Shown: piece by piece, positions 26,048-40,979 of the stretch
Position numbering within the stretch: position 1 is the first letter of the stretch
Layout of the letters: each line of letters opens with the position of its first letter
Assembly (NCBI RefSeq): GCF_009914755.1
Contig: NC_060932.1
Direction: 5' to 3' (one strand)
Origin: the human T2T-CHM13v2.0 reference genome, Homo sapiens
Length of the DNA stretch: 64,000 nucleotides
Notes under the pieces: model-generated
What the model was told of the DNA's origin: nothing
What the model saw: only the letters and a program-made list of their open reading frames with translations
Databases searched by the model: none
Translations under genes and position numbers: made by a program

Positions 26048-27480
26048 TAAATGTTCAAGGAGTTGATTTCAACTTAGATGCAGTGACCACCCCCCACCCC
26101 TTGGAAGAAAGGTACATTACATCACATTTGCCATCTTGAAGTAAGATTCATTGATAGTATAATCAACCACACACACATTAAAACAACAACAACAATAATA
26201 TAATACTCTAACTAAAATGTAGCTGAAACTCTAAAGGAAAGCCATTTACAATAAAACAAATCTCTTTCTGAATTTAAATGTCTGAACACGGCTATGTGAG
26301 AGAGCTTAATGGAGTCAAATGTTTGTCTGGTCCTAGGGTCTCTGTCAATGCTGCAGCTACAAACATGGACTGAATAGATGTGTTATCCTGGTGGTGTAGC
26401 TGTCATGAGGAGTGATGCAACTAATGATGTGGTTTTCTGATATAGTGAGCAATTCTTGGTGGACCTCCGAACAAAAATTACAATCTTCCCTTGATTTGCA
26501 TGGTGGTTGCATTTAAGAAAAACATACTATCGTATTTTAAAACAATGCAAAATAACTTTCTGCTCAATGTAAAACTGAGTTAAGTTCCAGGCTCAGAAAA
26601 TTAAAATATGTTTTTATAGGTCCCAGAGAGCAGAGAATGTTATTCACCCAGACCACCTGAAACAGTGCTTAGCACACAGTAGACATATATTAAGTATCAT
26701 GTGAATGAATTTTTCATCTCTGTGAAAATGGACAGGACATTTGAAAGTCATGCAGGATGAGGGATGATTATCCATTGTGCTGGACTACTCTAGACACTGC
26801 AGAGGAACTGGCATCTGCTCGCTGAAGACAGTACTGCTCCTAATTACTGTGAGAACCCAAAAGCTACCACCACAAATTTTCAAATTGCTCCTTTGGGTGG
26901 TACTGTTTAGAACCACAGAATTAAGTAATGATGTGGGTACTGTGTCTGTCCATTAGATTCCAGGGAAAATCCACTCACAGAAATGGTGCCTTAGTCAGTG
27001 GAGATGTGGCTGACCTATTAAAGAGACTGCCTGCTTTAAAGTAGGTGGAAAGTGGGGTGGAATGCAGGGTACAGCCATTGCCAGCTCACCAGGAACTTTG
27101 CACTAATTAGAGAAAGGTATCTGCTCTGGGAAGACCAGTTAGAAAAAGGGCACTGGCTGGCAGCTGATAAAGCCCATGGCTGGTCACATGACTTAAGCAA
27201 GTGGAGCACTGTCTGGCTGGATTTCAGCCTCCTCTCTGGATCACTTGGCCCAAGTGCCTTTTTGCAGGACTCAACTTGCATATAGCTTTGCATGGTTACC
27301 AGCTAAGACAGAACCAAGTGCTAAGATTAAAAGATAAATTCCAGACTGACTAGACGGGTGAATGGCTCAGGATAGCCTAGACAGCTTTATATTTTTTGGG
27401 GGAAGTTAATCTTAGTCTGGATGAGACAACTTATGAGTAGGAAAGGGAGTACGGAATGAATAAACAAATGAAATTAAATA

Positions 27481-28711
27481 CAGTCACATGTCACATAATG
27501 ACATTTTAGTAAACAAAGGACCACATAGCAGTCCTGTAAGATTATGATGGAGCTGAAAAATTCCTATCACCTAACGACATTGTAGCCTTCATAACATAGT
27601 GGCATGACATATTACTCATGTGTTGGTGGTAATGCTGCTGTAAACAAACCTACTGCACTGCTAGTCATGAAAATATAGCACGTACAATTATATACAGCAT
27701 AAAAACGTGATTATGATAATACATGACTATCATGGTTTGTTTACTTTTTATAATTATTTGAGTATACTCCATACATATACACATATACACGTATATATGT
27801 ATAAAACTTTATTTTACATATATGTACACACATGCATGTACATGTATATGTACATATATATACACACATGCATGTACATGTATATGTACACATATATATA
27901 TACACATATAAAGCTAACTGTAAAATAGCCTCAGGCAGGTCCTTCAGGAGGTCTCCAGAAGAAGGCATTGTCATCAGAGGAGATGATGGCTGCATGCGTA
28001 TTATTGCCCCTGATGAACCTCCAGAGGGACAAGATGTGAAAGTGGAAGACTGTAATATTGATGATCCTGGCCCTGTGTAGGCCTGGGTTAATGTGTCTGT
28101 GTCTTTGTTTTTAAAGAAAAAAATCTAAAAAAAAAAAGCTCTTTAATAAAAAACAGCTTATAGAAGGAAATAAAGAAAATATTTTTTGTACAGCTGTAAA
28201 ATGTGTAGTTTATCCTAAGTATTAATACAAAAGTATCAAAGTTCTAAAAATGTTTAAGCTTATAAAGTGAGAAAGTTGCAGTAACCTAAGTTTAATTTAT
28301 TATTAAAGAAAATTAATAAATGCCATACAGCTGAAGTATATCGTATTTAAAAAGTCTACAGCTCACTGACTTACCCAGAGCAACTGCCTGTCCTGCAAGC
28401 TCTATTTGTAGTGAGTGCTCTATCCAGGTGTAACATTTCAAATCTTTTATCCTGTTTTTACTGTACCTTTTCTATGTTTAGATATACAAATATTATTGTG
28501 TTATAATTGGCTACTGTATTCAGTACAGTAACATACTGTGCAGGTTTGTAGCCTAAGAGCAATAGGATATACCAGCTAGCTTAGATGAGTAGTGTGGTAG
28601 GCTGTACCATCTAGGTTTGTGTAAGTACACTCTACAGTGTTTTCACACTGACAAAATTGTCTAATGATGTATTTCACAGAATGTATTCTCGTTGTTAAGC
28701 AACACATAATT
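27481..28711 (+). mobile_element. Tigger3b-like (Golem) DNA transposon fossil
   Basis: ta|cagtcacatgtcacataatgac...gagctgaaaaattcctatcacct; right end gttgttaagcaacacataat; ~1.2 kb. Confidence 0.85.
27771..27910. repeat. TA/CA/TG-rich low-complexity expansion inside Tigger3
   Basis: tacatatatgtacacacatgcatgtacatg units. Confidence 0.85.
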
Positions 28712-29410
28712 ATTCATGAAAATAGAATAAGTTTAATTAGTTCTGATGAGTTTAGGGAATCTCCTTCCCCATACTTTTTGTAGTAAAATTGGGTAATATT
28801 GGTGGCTCATACTAGGTGCATTTTCTTGTGGAAGTTTAGAACTTTAATAATCAGTGCATTTGGGGACAGTGAAGTCTTGGAGTATTTGTCAGAATTCTAG
28901 TTAAATACATATTTAATTGACCCGTACAGGGAAATGTATTTACTAGTTTCTTATGACTGCATATATTTTTGTGGGAACAGATATTCTTGTTGACTATCCA
29001 GGAATTCTGCCTCCCAGGGTCAAAGGGCCTTCCTGGTGAGAATGAAACCAGAGAAGTTCTTGAAGGACATTTCCTTAATGCTGTGATAGGACACATTTGA
29101 CCTATCCTGCCTTATGCCAAAGCATGCACTTTTCTGCCACTGACTGCTCATGTCCACAAGATTCTTTTACAGCTGTACCTCACTGGACAAATACAGAGAA
29201 GTATCAACAGATTCTTATTCTTCATCTCTGGCTTGTTAAGTCCCCACGTGGACTTTTCATTCCATGGCCAATCTGCTTCATTTTTACAAAGTAATTACTC
29301 AGGCACTACTATGATGCCAGAAATAATCTCAGTGGTTCCAGCCTGGAGGGCTTCAATGGTAGCAGCAAGGACAAAGCTGATAGAGTAGTGATGTTCCTGA
29401 GGATGGCCAT

Positions 29411-29807
29411 TGTGATGGTTTAATTGCATGTGTCAACTTAGCTCGACTATGGCGAGCAGTTGTTTGGGCAAACACTAGTCTGGGTGTTGTGAAAATATTT
29501 TATAGATGTGATTAACATAAACATCTATGATCACTTGTTTTAAGTAAAGATTACTTTCGATTGAGGGGGCTGGTCTCATCCAATCAGTTGAAGGTCTTAA
29601 GGGCAAAAACTCAGGTTTCCCAGAGAAGAAGGAATTCTGCTTCAAGACTATAACATGAAAGTCCTCCCTGAGTTTCTTGTCTGCTGGACTGACCTACGAA
29701 TTTTGATTTGCCAGACCTCATGATCATATTAGCCAATTTCTTAATACTTTTTATGTGTATGAAACCTCCAATTGATTCTGTATCTTTGGAGAACCCTGGC
29801 TGAATCA
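29411..29807 (+). mobile_element. MLT2-family (ERVL) solo LTR inserted in the pseudogene
   Basis: tgtgatggtttaattgcatgtgtcaact...gagaaccctggctgaatca; perfect TSD gccat (29406-29410, 29808-29812). Confidence 0.9.
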
Positions 29808-30220
29808 GCCATCATTATGAGCTCTTGAAGAAAGGCTGCTGAATGGAGCTGAAATCTCATGCTCCTTTCTGTCAACACCTGAGTCTCCTGGACAGATAAG
29901 GCCCATCTCTACTATCTGTTCTCTAGGGCCTTTGACCCTGTGCTGCTCTTTGTAGCAGTAGAATTCCAGCCTGGAACCAGCAGGTGATCAGGAGAAAAAA
30001 ACCATACCAACCTGATCATGGCCAGGAATGTGACTATCTCTGCCAGGTGCTAGCCACTCATGACGTGGAGGCCATGCAGTGGTCCTGCAGGATGGCCCTG
30101 AACAAGGTGATGATGGAGACGGTACCAAAGCACAGACTTCCGGCTGCCCTTTCACCAGGATGGCTGTGAGTACTCACAACACTAGGATGGCCACTGGGGC
30201 TTTAGAGTCCTCAGGAACTA

Positions 30221-30688
<468 letters not shown>

Positions 30689-31203
30689 CTAAACATAATG
30701 TACAATACATTTTGGAATGGTCCAGGTGGTTTGTGAAGTACTTGGTGGAGACCATGAAGAAACTCCAGAGAAGCACTATCCCCAGGTCCAGCATAAAGAT
30801 GAGCCAGGTAGACTTCTATATCTCCTGTAGCCGCTGACAGGCTGCCATGGCAGTGGCATTTCTGGCTCTATCTGGTTGTCAGCTTCTCTAGGAACCAGGA
30901 CCAGGATTACAGGGGTGCTGACCAGTCTCTGGAAGAAGTTCTGGTTCCAGCTGTGGCGTTTGGAAGTAGGCTTCCCTCTATGGGATCCTGTTTGGATTAG
31001 AGGTATTTCCAGTTAGGAGGAAAATTTCCAAGGTACTCAGCACCATCCTGCTAATAGGAGGCTACAAACATGCGGTAATTTGGGGAAATTTTAGGTAAGG
31101 CTGCATGCTTCAGACAATCGATTCTACTACTTCCAATTTCACCATGATGGCTTTCTTACTCTAAGCCCTAGAGGAATTTTAAATCTTTAAGAGATAAATT
31201 TTA

Positions 31204-31352
31204 TTTATTGATTAATCTTTTTGATAAGCAGAGATGAGTACCCCCCCCCCCACCACGTTGCCCACACTGGTCTCAAACTCCTGGGCTCAAGCTATCCTCT
31301 TGCCGCAGCCTCCCAAATTGCTGGGGTTACAGGTGTAAGCCACTTGCATGGC
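31204..31352 (-). mobile_element. Alu monomer (FLAM-like) with internal poly-C
   Basis: Single arm; TSD taagagataaatttta/taagagacacatttta. Confidence 0.8.
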
Positions 31353-31443
31353 TAAGAGACACATTTTAAAGTGCAAAACTACCATCAATCTTTCGATTTT
31401 TATGTTTTCACTTCAGCTATTAGCTGCTATCTAATCAGTAGTT

Positions 31444-31761
<318 letters not shown>

Positions 31762-31804
31762 ATCAATAGTTATTTTTTAACACTCAAGAGCAAGTGAGCA
31801 CCCC

Positions 31805-31839
31805 CATCATCATCATTATTATCATCATCATCATCATCA
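31805..31839. repeat. (ATC)n microsatellite, imperfect
   Basis: catcatcatcattattatcatcatcatcatcatca. Confidence 0.85.
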
Positions 31840-32419
31840 CATTATCACTGGATGGGTATCCAGAAACTGTAAGGGATGCAACTTGTTTCCTCAGGAAATG
31901 TACAACATATTATTAATTTGGAGGTGCAAGTGTGTAAATATTTTTGTATTGTGACTGAATGAAAAAAATATGCCAGCTAATTTTGTTTTGAGGCTGTCTC
32001 ACATACTAGAAGTCTCCAAAACCATGCACAAAGTGATTAATGATGTCCCTTTTGGTCAGTCAACCAACACGACAGGGAAATTTTTATTCTATTTTCCACA
32101 TAATGTTTAGATAAATATTTTTATTTCTAGATCTATGGCCACATAGGTCAATTATTTTATTTAGCACAATTTTCCTGTTAGAAACAGAACTTCTTAGAGG
32201 TCATGATAAAATGTGAGAAATAATTATGAAAAATATTTAATTTTTTAACATTTAAAAGCTAAACAATTATCACCTTTGGGGAGTAGGCAAAAGTACATTG
32301 TATCATTAAAAAAAAACCTGAACAAAGTCAGTTCATGGAGATCTAAGAAATCTGAGGATTATCTTTTGGACTTTTATGCTTTGTAATAAGTTATGCACTT
32401 TTAAATGTCTACATGCTTC

Positions 32420-33395
32420 CTTTTATTTTAGAGCAGTTTTAGGTTCACAGCAAATAAGGAACCTAAATTAAGAGGCAGGTAGAGAGATTTCCCTTACATG
32501 CATAGCCTCCCTAATTATTGATATCAACATCCCCCACTGGAGGGGCATATTCATTACAATTGCACCTACATTGATAGCCATAATCACCCAAAGCCCACAG
32601 TTTACATCAGGATTTACTCTCGGTGATGTGCATTTTATGAATTTGGATGAATGTATAATAATATGTATCCCCCCTTTTTTAGTATCTTACAAAGTAGTTT
32701 CATTGCTCTAAAAATCATCCGTGTTCTGCCTCTTCAACCCTCCTCCTCTCCCCAGTACCTGGCCACCACTGACCTCTTCTGTATCCATAATTTTGCCTCT
32801 CCCAGAATGTCACATAGTTGGAATAATACAGTGTATAGCCTTTTGGTAATATCACTTAGTAATATATAAGATTCTTCCATCGTTTTTCATGGCTTGATAC
32901 TTTATTTCTTTTAAGTGCTGAATAATAGGCCATTGTCTAGAGGTATTGTAGTTTGTTTATCCATTCACCTACTGAAGGACATCTTAGTTGCTTCCAAGTT
33001 TGGGCAATTATGAATAAAAGCTGCTATAAACATCTGTGGGCAGATTTTTGTGTGAAAATCAGTTTTCAGTTCCTTTGGATAAACACCAAGTAGCATGATT
33101 TCTGGGTCTTATGGTAAGAGTATGTTTAGTTTTCTAAGAAACTGACAAAGTGTCTTCCAAAGTGGCTGTGCCATTTTGCATTCCAACCAGCAATGAATGA
33201 GAGTTCCTGTTGCTCTACATCCCCACCAACATTTGGTATTCAGTGTTCCAGACTTTGGCTAGTCTGATAGATGTTTCTAGATTTTGGCCATACTAATAGG
33301 CGTGTAGTGGTTTTTCATTGTTTTAATTTGTGTTTCCCTGATAACACAAATGATGTGATATGGAGCATCTTATATGCTTATTTGCCATCTATGTA
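32420..33395 (-). mobile_element. L1MC-type 3' end
   Basis: ttttagagcagttttaggttcacagcaaa followed by antisense L1 3'UTR/ORF2 text. Confidence 0.8.
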
Positions 33396-33885
33396 TATTA
33401 CACATATTATGGAGATTAAGAACCTCATTCAAAGATTCAGAGCTGGTGCCAGAATCCAAGATTTAAACACCGATTTGTCTTACTCAAAATCCTCAGCCTT
33501 TCCCACTCTATCTTTGCTGTTCTTCGAACTACAACATTTAAAGCAAATAATGAAACGGGGTCAAAACCCCATGAGACCAGATGAACTTTCCTATTGATTG
33601 TGAATGGGAAAACAATACAAAAAAAAAAAGCTTCCTTATTTAAGTGTGTCTTTGAGGACTATGAAATGTTTGTTACTTCCCAATAAGCTCTGCTACTCAG
33701 AATGATCATCTCTTTTTGTTTCATAGTTTCAATTGCAGGGCTTTTCAACATTTTTTCTTACTTTTGCTCCTGCTAAGGAGCTTTTATAGATATGCTTTTT
33801 TTCCTAATGATTCTACCAACTATGGAATTTTAATACTGCAGATGCTATATATCTGTCTATGTACTAAGTGTATATCTGTGCTTTA

Positions 33886-34183
33886 ATTATTTTTTTTGAG
33901 ACGGTCTTGCACTGTTGCCCAGGCTGGAGTGGAGTGGCATGATCTTGGCTCACTGCAACCTCCACCTCCTGGTTTCAAGCACTTCCCCTGCCTCAGCCTC
34001 TTGAGTAGCTGCAATCACTGGCACCTGCCACCATGCTTGGCTAATTTTTGTACTTTTAGTAGAGACTGGGTTTCACCATGTTGGCCAAGCTAGTGATCTG
34101 CCCTGACTCCTGACCTCAAGTGATCCGCCTGCCTTGGCCTCCCAAAGTGTTGGGATTACAGGCGTGGGCCTCTGTACCTGGCT
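33886..34183 (-). mobile_element. AluS
   Basis: TSD tatctgtgcttta (33873-33885, 34184-34196). Confidence 0.92.
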
Positions 34184-34398
34184 TATCTGTGCTTTATACT
34201 TAAAAAGAATACAATTTTCTCATTGTCCAAAGAAGTTTCTCCCTCTTTACCACCCTTGTTTGGAATGCATGTTCTAGGGCCAATTGGATGAAAGAATGCT
34301 TGTCAAGGAATTGACCTAAATTAGTGACTGAAATTGTCAGCACAATGCCTTCTTTCTGCATGCTTGAAATGGTAGCCAAGCACTCATCCTATGAACTC

Positions 34399-34765
34399 TG
34401 TGTTAGTCCATTTTTATGCTGCTGATAAAGACATACCTGGGACTAGGCGATTTACAAAGGAAAGAGGTTTAATGGAGAACTCACAGTTCCATATGTCTGC
34501 GGAAACCTCACAATCATGGAGGAAGGCAAGGATGAGCAAATCACATCATACATAGATGGCAGCAGGCAAAAAGAGCTTGTGCAGGGAGACCCCTGTTTTT
34601 AAAACCATCAGATCTCCTGAGACCCATTCACTATCACAAGAACAGCATGGGAAAGACCTGCCCCCATGATTCAGTCATCTCCCACTGGGTCCCTCCTACA
34701 ACACACAGGAATTATGGGAGCTACAAGATGAGATTCAGTTGGGGACACAGAGCCAAACCATATTG
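34399..34765 (-). mobile_element. THE1 (A/B-like) solo LTR
   Basis: tgtgttagtccatttttatgctgctgataaagacatacc...ggggacacagagccaaaccatat. Confidence 0.9.
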
Positions 34766-35609
34766 AATCCACTCTGGCACACAGACTATCCTTGAGGCAG
34801 AATGTCTACCTATTATATATTTAGTGAAACAGCAAAGATTTGCCACAGCCTAGGATGTGGCAAACTCAAGAAAGGTTTGTAAAATTCCTTCCTCCTGAAT
34901 TGATTAGCCTCATGCCTCAGAATATGGTAGCCTCTGGCCCTTCAAGAATTGAGTGATTTATGTAAAAGCAATGCTAATGAATAGTCTCAGCCATTCTGGG
35001 CTTCTTTTATGTGGATCTATTTCTTTTTCTTATGGTTTCAGTCTGAAGGCACTCTCATTATGTTAACTAGCTTAGGCAGCAATTTTAATATTAATTTTGC
35101 AACATAAATGGGCTCATTGTCCAAGTTGTAGATGCCTAAAGCAATGGTAACTTTTAAAGACACTTTCATCAAATTGCTTGTATTTGTTTTCCTGAAAGAA
35201 TTAATCCAGGAGCAAGGCTGCTTCTCTTTATTGTTTAGTGTCAGCTTGTACCTGCTTTGCCTCCCCCACGAACTCGTCAGAAAGCTCACAGTGCCAGGGT
35301 TTTACCGGTAGCTCTACCCATGTTGGTCATTTTGTCCCAGACATCTTCATGGGCTTGAAACTGACTTTGCAAACATGTAAGTATGGGCTTTTAAAAGTAG
35401 ATATTACTATCTCATGTCAATATTCTTTCTATCCTTCCCAGAGTAAAAACACAGGTTCTATGGCATTTGGATCTATTAGAGGAAGCAGCCCAGTAAACGC
35501 AGTGAGTGGTGATCAGGCACAGCTCTCTCTGCTGAGGTCTGGCTGGACTGATCCTGTGGAAGGGAACAGCACAATGTCCATACTGCTCCTGTGATATATA
35601 GAGGATAGC

Positions 35610-35820
35610 TATTGAATGCAAGGGCCCTGGTTCAAATCCCTGTTCTACCACTTCCTGTGAGATTGTAGAAGTTACTTAACTTTTCTCTACCTTAGTTTCT
35701 TCATCTAAAAATGGGAGACTAGTGGCTATCTCAAATGACCGTCGTGAGGATTCAATGAGTTAACACACATGTTTAAGCTACTGTCAGGTACCTATTTAAA
35801 TACTCAATAAATATCAGCTG
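35610..35820 (+). mobile_element. MIR
   Basis: ggttcaaatccctgttctaccacttcc...agtttcttcatctaaaaatggg. Confidence 0.8.
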
Positions 35821-36809
35821 CCATTCCTCCTCCTCCTATGACACTTCTCCTGCTACTGCCATTCTCCTCAAGCATGGTAAGCTCTTCTTCATCCATGTAC
35901 AGAGAGTGGGAGGTGCATTTGGAGCATTTATCTCTCCTTTAACTGTGACGGTGGCTTCATAGACCTTGGACCCTACTCATCTGAGTTAAGTAGACACAAC
36001 AATAACCCAGGAACACATTAAACCCTTGCTGCCTCATTATTTACTTGCTGCAATTTTACTGTATAATTACATGGAATTTTGGTATCCCTTTGCAGCCTAA
36101 ATGTTCTGAGGTTAGATTGGAAGTGCCATCATGTCTATTTTTCATTCATCAAACCTTACCATGCAGCACTAAGCACAGCGTGGCTGGAAGACTGAGTAAG
36201 GTAGTTCCCCTCTTAAACAACCTTATGATCAGCAGAAGAAATAATGTATGGATACGAATCATTTTAAGAATAACAATGATATATATTTGAAAATTTGCTC
36301 CTTGGCAGGTTGTGCTGAGCACTTTCCATTTTTTATGTAATTGAATTCCTATAATGGTAGAGGACAATGATGTAGGGACAAAGTCCTGTGGTTTAAGTAG
36401 TAAGTGGAAAAACAAGGAGTTGAACTCTGACTTCAAAGCTTGTGATCATGCTCATACGTGTCACAAACACACTCCATGAGAGACTGTCACAAGGCCCTTT
36501 GTGAGGCAGAGGAGGGAGAAGTCACTTCTAGTTGGTGTGTTAGTGGTGCAGTGTGCTTTTGAGGAAGGTTTGGTGGCAAAGGTAGATTTTTAGCCTTAGC
36601 ATTTCACAACTGGTGGGCAGAATTTAGATGGGCAGAAGCATTTTAGGAGGTAAGACTAGGATAAAAGGTCCAGACAAAGGATGGGCTGGACTTTTCTAGG
36701 AAACTTCATGTAATTTTTTTCTGGCCAAAGCAAAGGATATGGGTGGGGATGATCCAACTGAAGATATCTATTAGAACTAAATTCTGGACGGCCTTGTATG
36801 CCAAAGAAA

Positions 36810-36811
<2 letters not shown>

Positions 36812-36859
<48 letters not shown>
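36812..36859. repeat. (GT)24 microsatellite
   Basis: Perfect dinucleotide run; Z-DNA-prone and probably polymorphic. Confidence 0.97.
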
Positions 36860-36862
<3 letters not shown>

Positions 36863-39800
36863 TCCAGTGGGATAGTCTGGAAGACTAGAGAGATCCCCAC
36901 CTTTCAAACTGGATAGATCTATGTGTAAAGGCTAAAAGGAGGGCTTATTTTAGCAAGATTGCTCAAACTCTCTGGTCTTTGGTTTTCTCATTGCTTATTT
37001 TGGTAAGGATTTGTTCATGCCTGTTTATCAAATGGATGGAAGAACTATCCCCTGCCTTATAGGATCATTGTGAAAATCAAAATAAGGCACAGCATTGAAA
37101 CCTAGTAAACTGATGGATGCTACAATTGCTATTATTAAAGAGGAGCCCTTGAGGTCGTTGGACAAGTGGGTGCCATGAACAGAAGCTGGCTTTTAGAAGA
37201 TTACTCTGACACATGCATCTGTGAGGAAGAGGAAATACTAAGAGTGAGAGATCAGTAGGAAACGACTGAATGATATATAAAGGAGAGAGAATGAAGACCT
37301 GGAGGGAGGTGGCTGGCGTTAAGCCTTTGACGTGCTAGGGGCAGTGTTAGGGCTGTTGGCTGCCTGTTTGTCATAGTGTATCAGGTACCCCAAGTATTTC
37401 TCTGTCCTTTTAAACCCATTGGATATTTAAGGTGGGGTAAAGTTTTAAGACAGAATTGAGATCTAGATGGTTCTGACTTCCCAGGCACTAAATACCTCCA
37501 CTTTAGCATTCTGCCTTGTGGCATTTGTGGGACAGATTTTCTATTACACTGGTTAAGTTTCAGCTCTGTGGGATTTCTCCAGCTCTATGTCTTCTCCAGT
37601 TTAATGGAAGCCACGTAACTATCATGACTCAGTATTTTAGTTGGGAAAAAATCATATGAATGTTAGATCCACTAATAACCAATAATTATAACCTTCAAAA
37701 ACAAAAGGGTTTGCCGAGCACTTCACTGATTTCCATAAAAGCAAGCCACTTTCTAGCCTGTCCCTTCCCTCTCTGTCAACAGAAATCATATTTATTTGTT
37801 ATTCACAATTCCAAGTATCAAAAGAAAGACAATGATCTTTTATCCTTGTCATATTATTAATACTGTATACCAAGGTGGCATATTTTTGATGAGAAGGATA
37901 AATTTCAAATAATTATTTTGATTTACTTCATAAATCTTTGTCTTTTATGTTGAAGCACATAACAACTTCATCTCTCTGAGTGGTCTGGCGCTGACGTTTC
38001 ACCACTTCAACGGTTTGGCTCGTGATTCAGTCATGACAGAGTCACACAGAGCTATTCTGGCAAGAGCAAGAATAGAATCTGCAGGATAAGCCCAGAGAGC
38101 TGTGTGCCCACCACACAATAGGGGACAACTTGCCAGTGAGAAGTCAAGCCCTGGTTTATTGTGAGGCATGAAATATCAACAGCTGAAATTTTTGCTCTGC
38201 CAACTAGAAATGAGGCAAGACATGTTAAAAAAAATTTTTTTTTTTTTTAGTAAGACTGGGAATGTAGAAATGCAGCAGCCTGGACAAACAAGAGGGAAGA
38301 GAAATAAACATACACCAGTAATTCAGGGTCCAGACTTGCCTGCTGGAGCTCTGTTCCAACAGAACGTGAATTCCTCTAACTGAAATCACTTACATGTCAT
38401 CCTAGACTTTGGAATCTGCTGAAAGATGCCCTGAGTCTGTAGAAGTAATAGATGCCCTGAGTCCAAGCATCTCATTAGATCTCCTCTTGACTATTACTTT
38501 CATCTACTGGTTTACCGTTATATTATCAACACCTACTACTATAATCAACACCTGACACATAGTAGGAGTACAGTAAAAGTTTAGGCAAAAGGTCCCAAAA
38601 CCTGGGTTTTTGTCTTGTTTCTCATGGCCAAGAGGAAATCCCAGAGGAAAAGCTGAATACAAGGAATTAAAGGATATGAGGAACCAAAGAAGAAATACAA
38701 GGAACCAAGTCAGCCATTTCCCAGTGGTTACCTAGAGCTTGAAGTTCTGCATCTCACTCCCATGGCTGTTACATGTTGCTTGGCACCAGTTCTCCTCTTC
38801 TTGCCCTTATTCTCGCTGCCTGCTCCTCAGAAATCTGTGTACACACCTCCATGTCTAGACTTCTTCCTCTTATCTACCACTGGGTGCTGTTCTTCTTGGT
38901 TGCCCTGTGGAGTGGGGTGTCTAACCCCTGGTGCTGATCTTTCTCACCCAGCCCATTCCACCACTGGCCATGACCTGATTTGGCAGTTACTTGAGGAAAG
39001 GGATGGCCAGTATAAAACCTTCAATGAAAGAGATTTATCTATGATTTTTAAATAGAGAATATTCCAAATTCTTACTGCACAACCTTTTGAGAACATATGC
39101 TATAGTTCCCTAGCAGTGGGTCTATCTTGGTAATCCACAGTCTCTCTTCAACAGGCTGAAAATTGGCTTGATCAGGATTTGTAGAAAGAGACAGAATTAA
39201 AGGAAGAGTTCCTATTTTTCTTTCCTTATTCCCTACCATATTTACCTCTCTCCACATCAGCAGGGCAATATCTGAGGATAGTTTTTAATCATTTAGTTGA
39301 GGAATATATAAAATCCCTCTAAAAGAACACTATAAAATCATTGGTTTGACTGTTTCTCCCTCATACCCTTTCAAAGACTGGCAAAGAATAAAAGAATCTA
39401 ATGCTTCTCACTGAGCCCCAGGATGACAGAGGAAGCTGACTAATATGACCCTTTGGGTTGGTAACCAGGATCTGGAGAATTAGCCAGCATGGTAGGGGCT
39501 AAAGCTGAGTTTCATGCTTCAGTCCAGCAATTGCACCCCTAATTGGGCACATAGTTGCACTTTCATGGCATATAAACACTTTAAAGAACCAGTACTCAAG
39601 AGAGAAGGCTACTGTGTGTTTTCCTGAGGGCGTAGTCAGGGAGTAAAGAATGCAGGGCTCTTTAAGCAAAATTAGGCATTTAATTGCACATCTAGACTTC
39701 ACTGATGGCTTTGCACATGCATGTGATTATGATTCACTTGAAAGCGCTCCTTTGAGGAGAGTCTGCACTCTACTTCTTTACAAAACAAATTAGGAAGGAA

Positions 39801-40174
39801 AATATTCAAAATGTTTAATTTTTAAGGTCTATTTCTTGAGTTTCTTTTTAGTTCTTACTTGCCTTCAAGTTTCTAGAGAGTTAAACCAACCACCACCACA
39901 GGGAATTCCACATCTGACTCTTATAAAGTACATAAAACAGAATATACATAGCTGTGGGTAGTTTGCAATTAGAGCATAAGTATAGTACAAATGTGGTGCT
40001 TCTCATCTACCAACATTCCTCTTCCTTCCTCTCAGATTTTCAGATTGAGAAATGGAGGCATCGAGGTCAAATCTTTTACCTAAACCACTGAGCAGCAGAG
40101 ACAGGTCAGAAATATAAGTTGTCCTTGGCACCATTCTCTTTTCCAGCATTGAGCCAAGAGTCCAGTGTACCATG

Positions 40175-40208
40175 TTTAACTCCATTCTTCAGTAGGAATG
40201 GAGTTAAA
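40175..40208. repeat. Perfect 13-bp inverted repeat
   Basis: TTTAACTCCATTC-ttcagtag-GAATGGAGTTAAA. Confidence 0.9.
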
Positions 40209-40979
40209 GACATTAAAGAATAGATAACTTCTGAGGTTTGAACTTTACAGAAATATGGAGTTGAATATTTTGGTCCAATGTTTTTCTTTCGTACCCATCT
40301 CTGTGGTAGAAGACCAAAAATTTTCAAATGAAGGTTTTGGAAATGGACTCATTTTCTTCATTCTATCTGCCTTCCTATTTTGTGTAATTTGTAGAGATTA
40401 GTATTCTTGGAATTTGATGTTAGTGGAAGTATGTATGTATGCCATGTGTTTAAATTTATATATTCCATTTAGCAAAAGCCACCTGAGTTGTGTTTGCACA
40501 GTGTTTGCATAGCTATACCTACCCCCTGGCTGCTGTTTCTTGCCTCTAGTTTTTTCACAAACTTGGCCATCCTGAGTGCATTCTGTGAGAGTGCTCTTTA
40601 GCCTGGTTTGGGCTTATTCTGATATTAGTTTATTACAGTAGTCAAGAATGTGTCACCCAGAGTAGACCTCAACCTAATATAAAATCTCTAGGTATCAACT
40701 AGAGAATTTTATGAAATTTATGGAATTTTATGAAAAACTCAAAATTTTTTGGAGAATGCCTGAACCACTACCAAGGAATTAGAGCTATTTGGCCATTCCT
40801 GCATGTTCATCAGAGGTGGACTTATACTTGGCAACCAACAAATACTAAATAGTAACATTAGATGCAGACTTGTAATCCCTTTCACTAAGAAATAAGTGGA
40901 AGCTCAGCCAGATAGAACTGGGTTTGTCAAAGTTTTTAATAAGTCTGTAGGAAAATCACCAGCATAGGCTGAGGAACTT

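Noticed and set aside
27707-28080. His/Tyr/Met-rich ORFs, also at 36656-36907 and 49626-49884
   Set aside because: Translations of microsatellite/low-complexity DNA.
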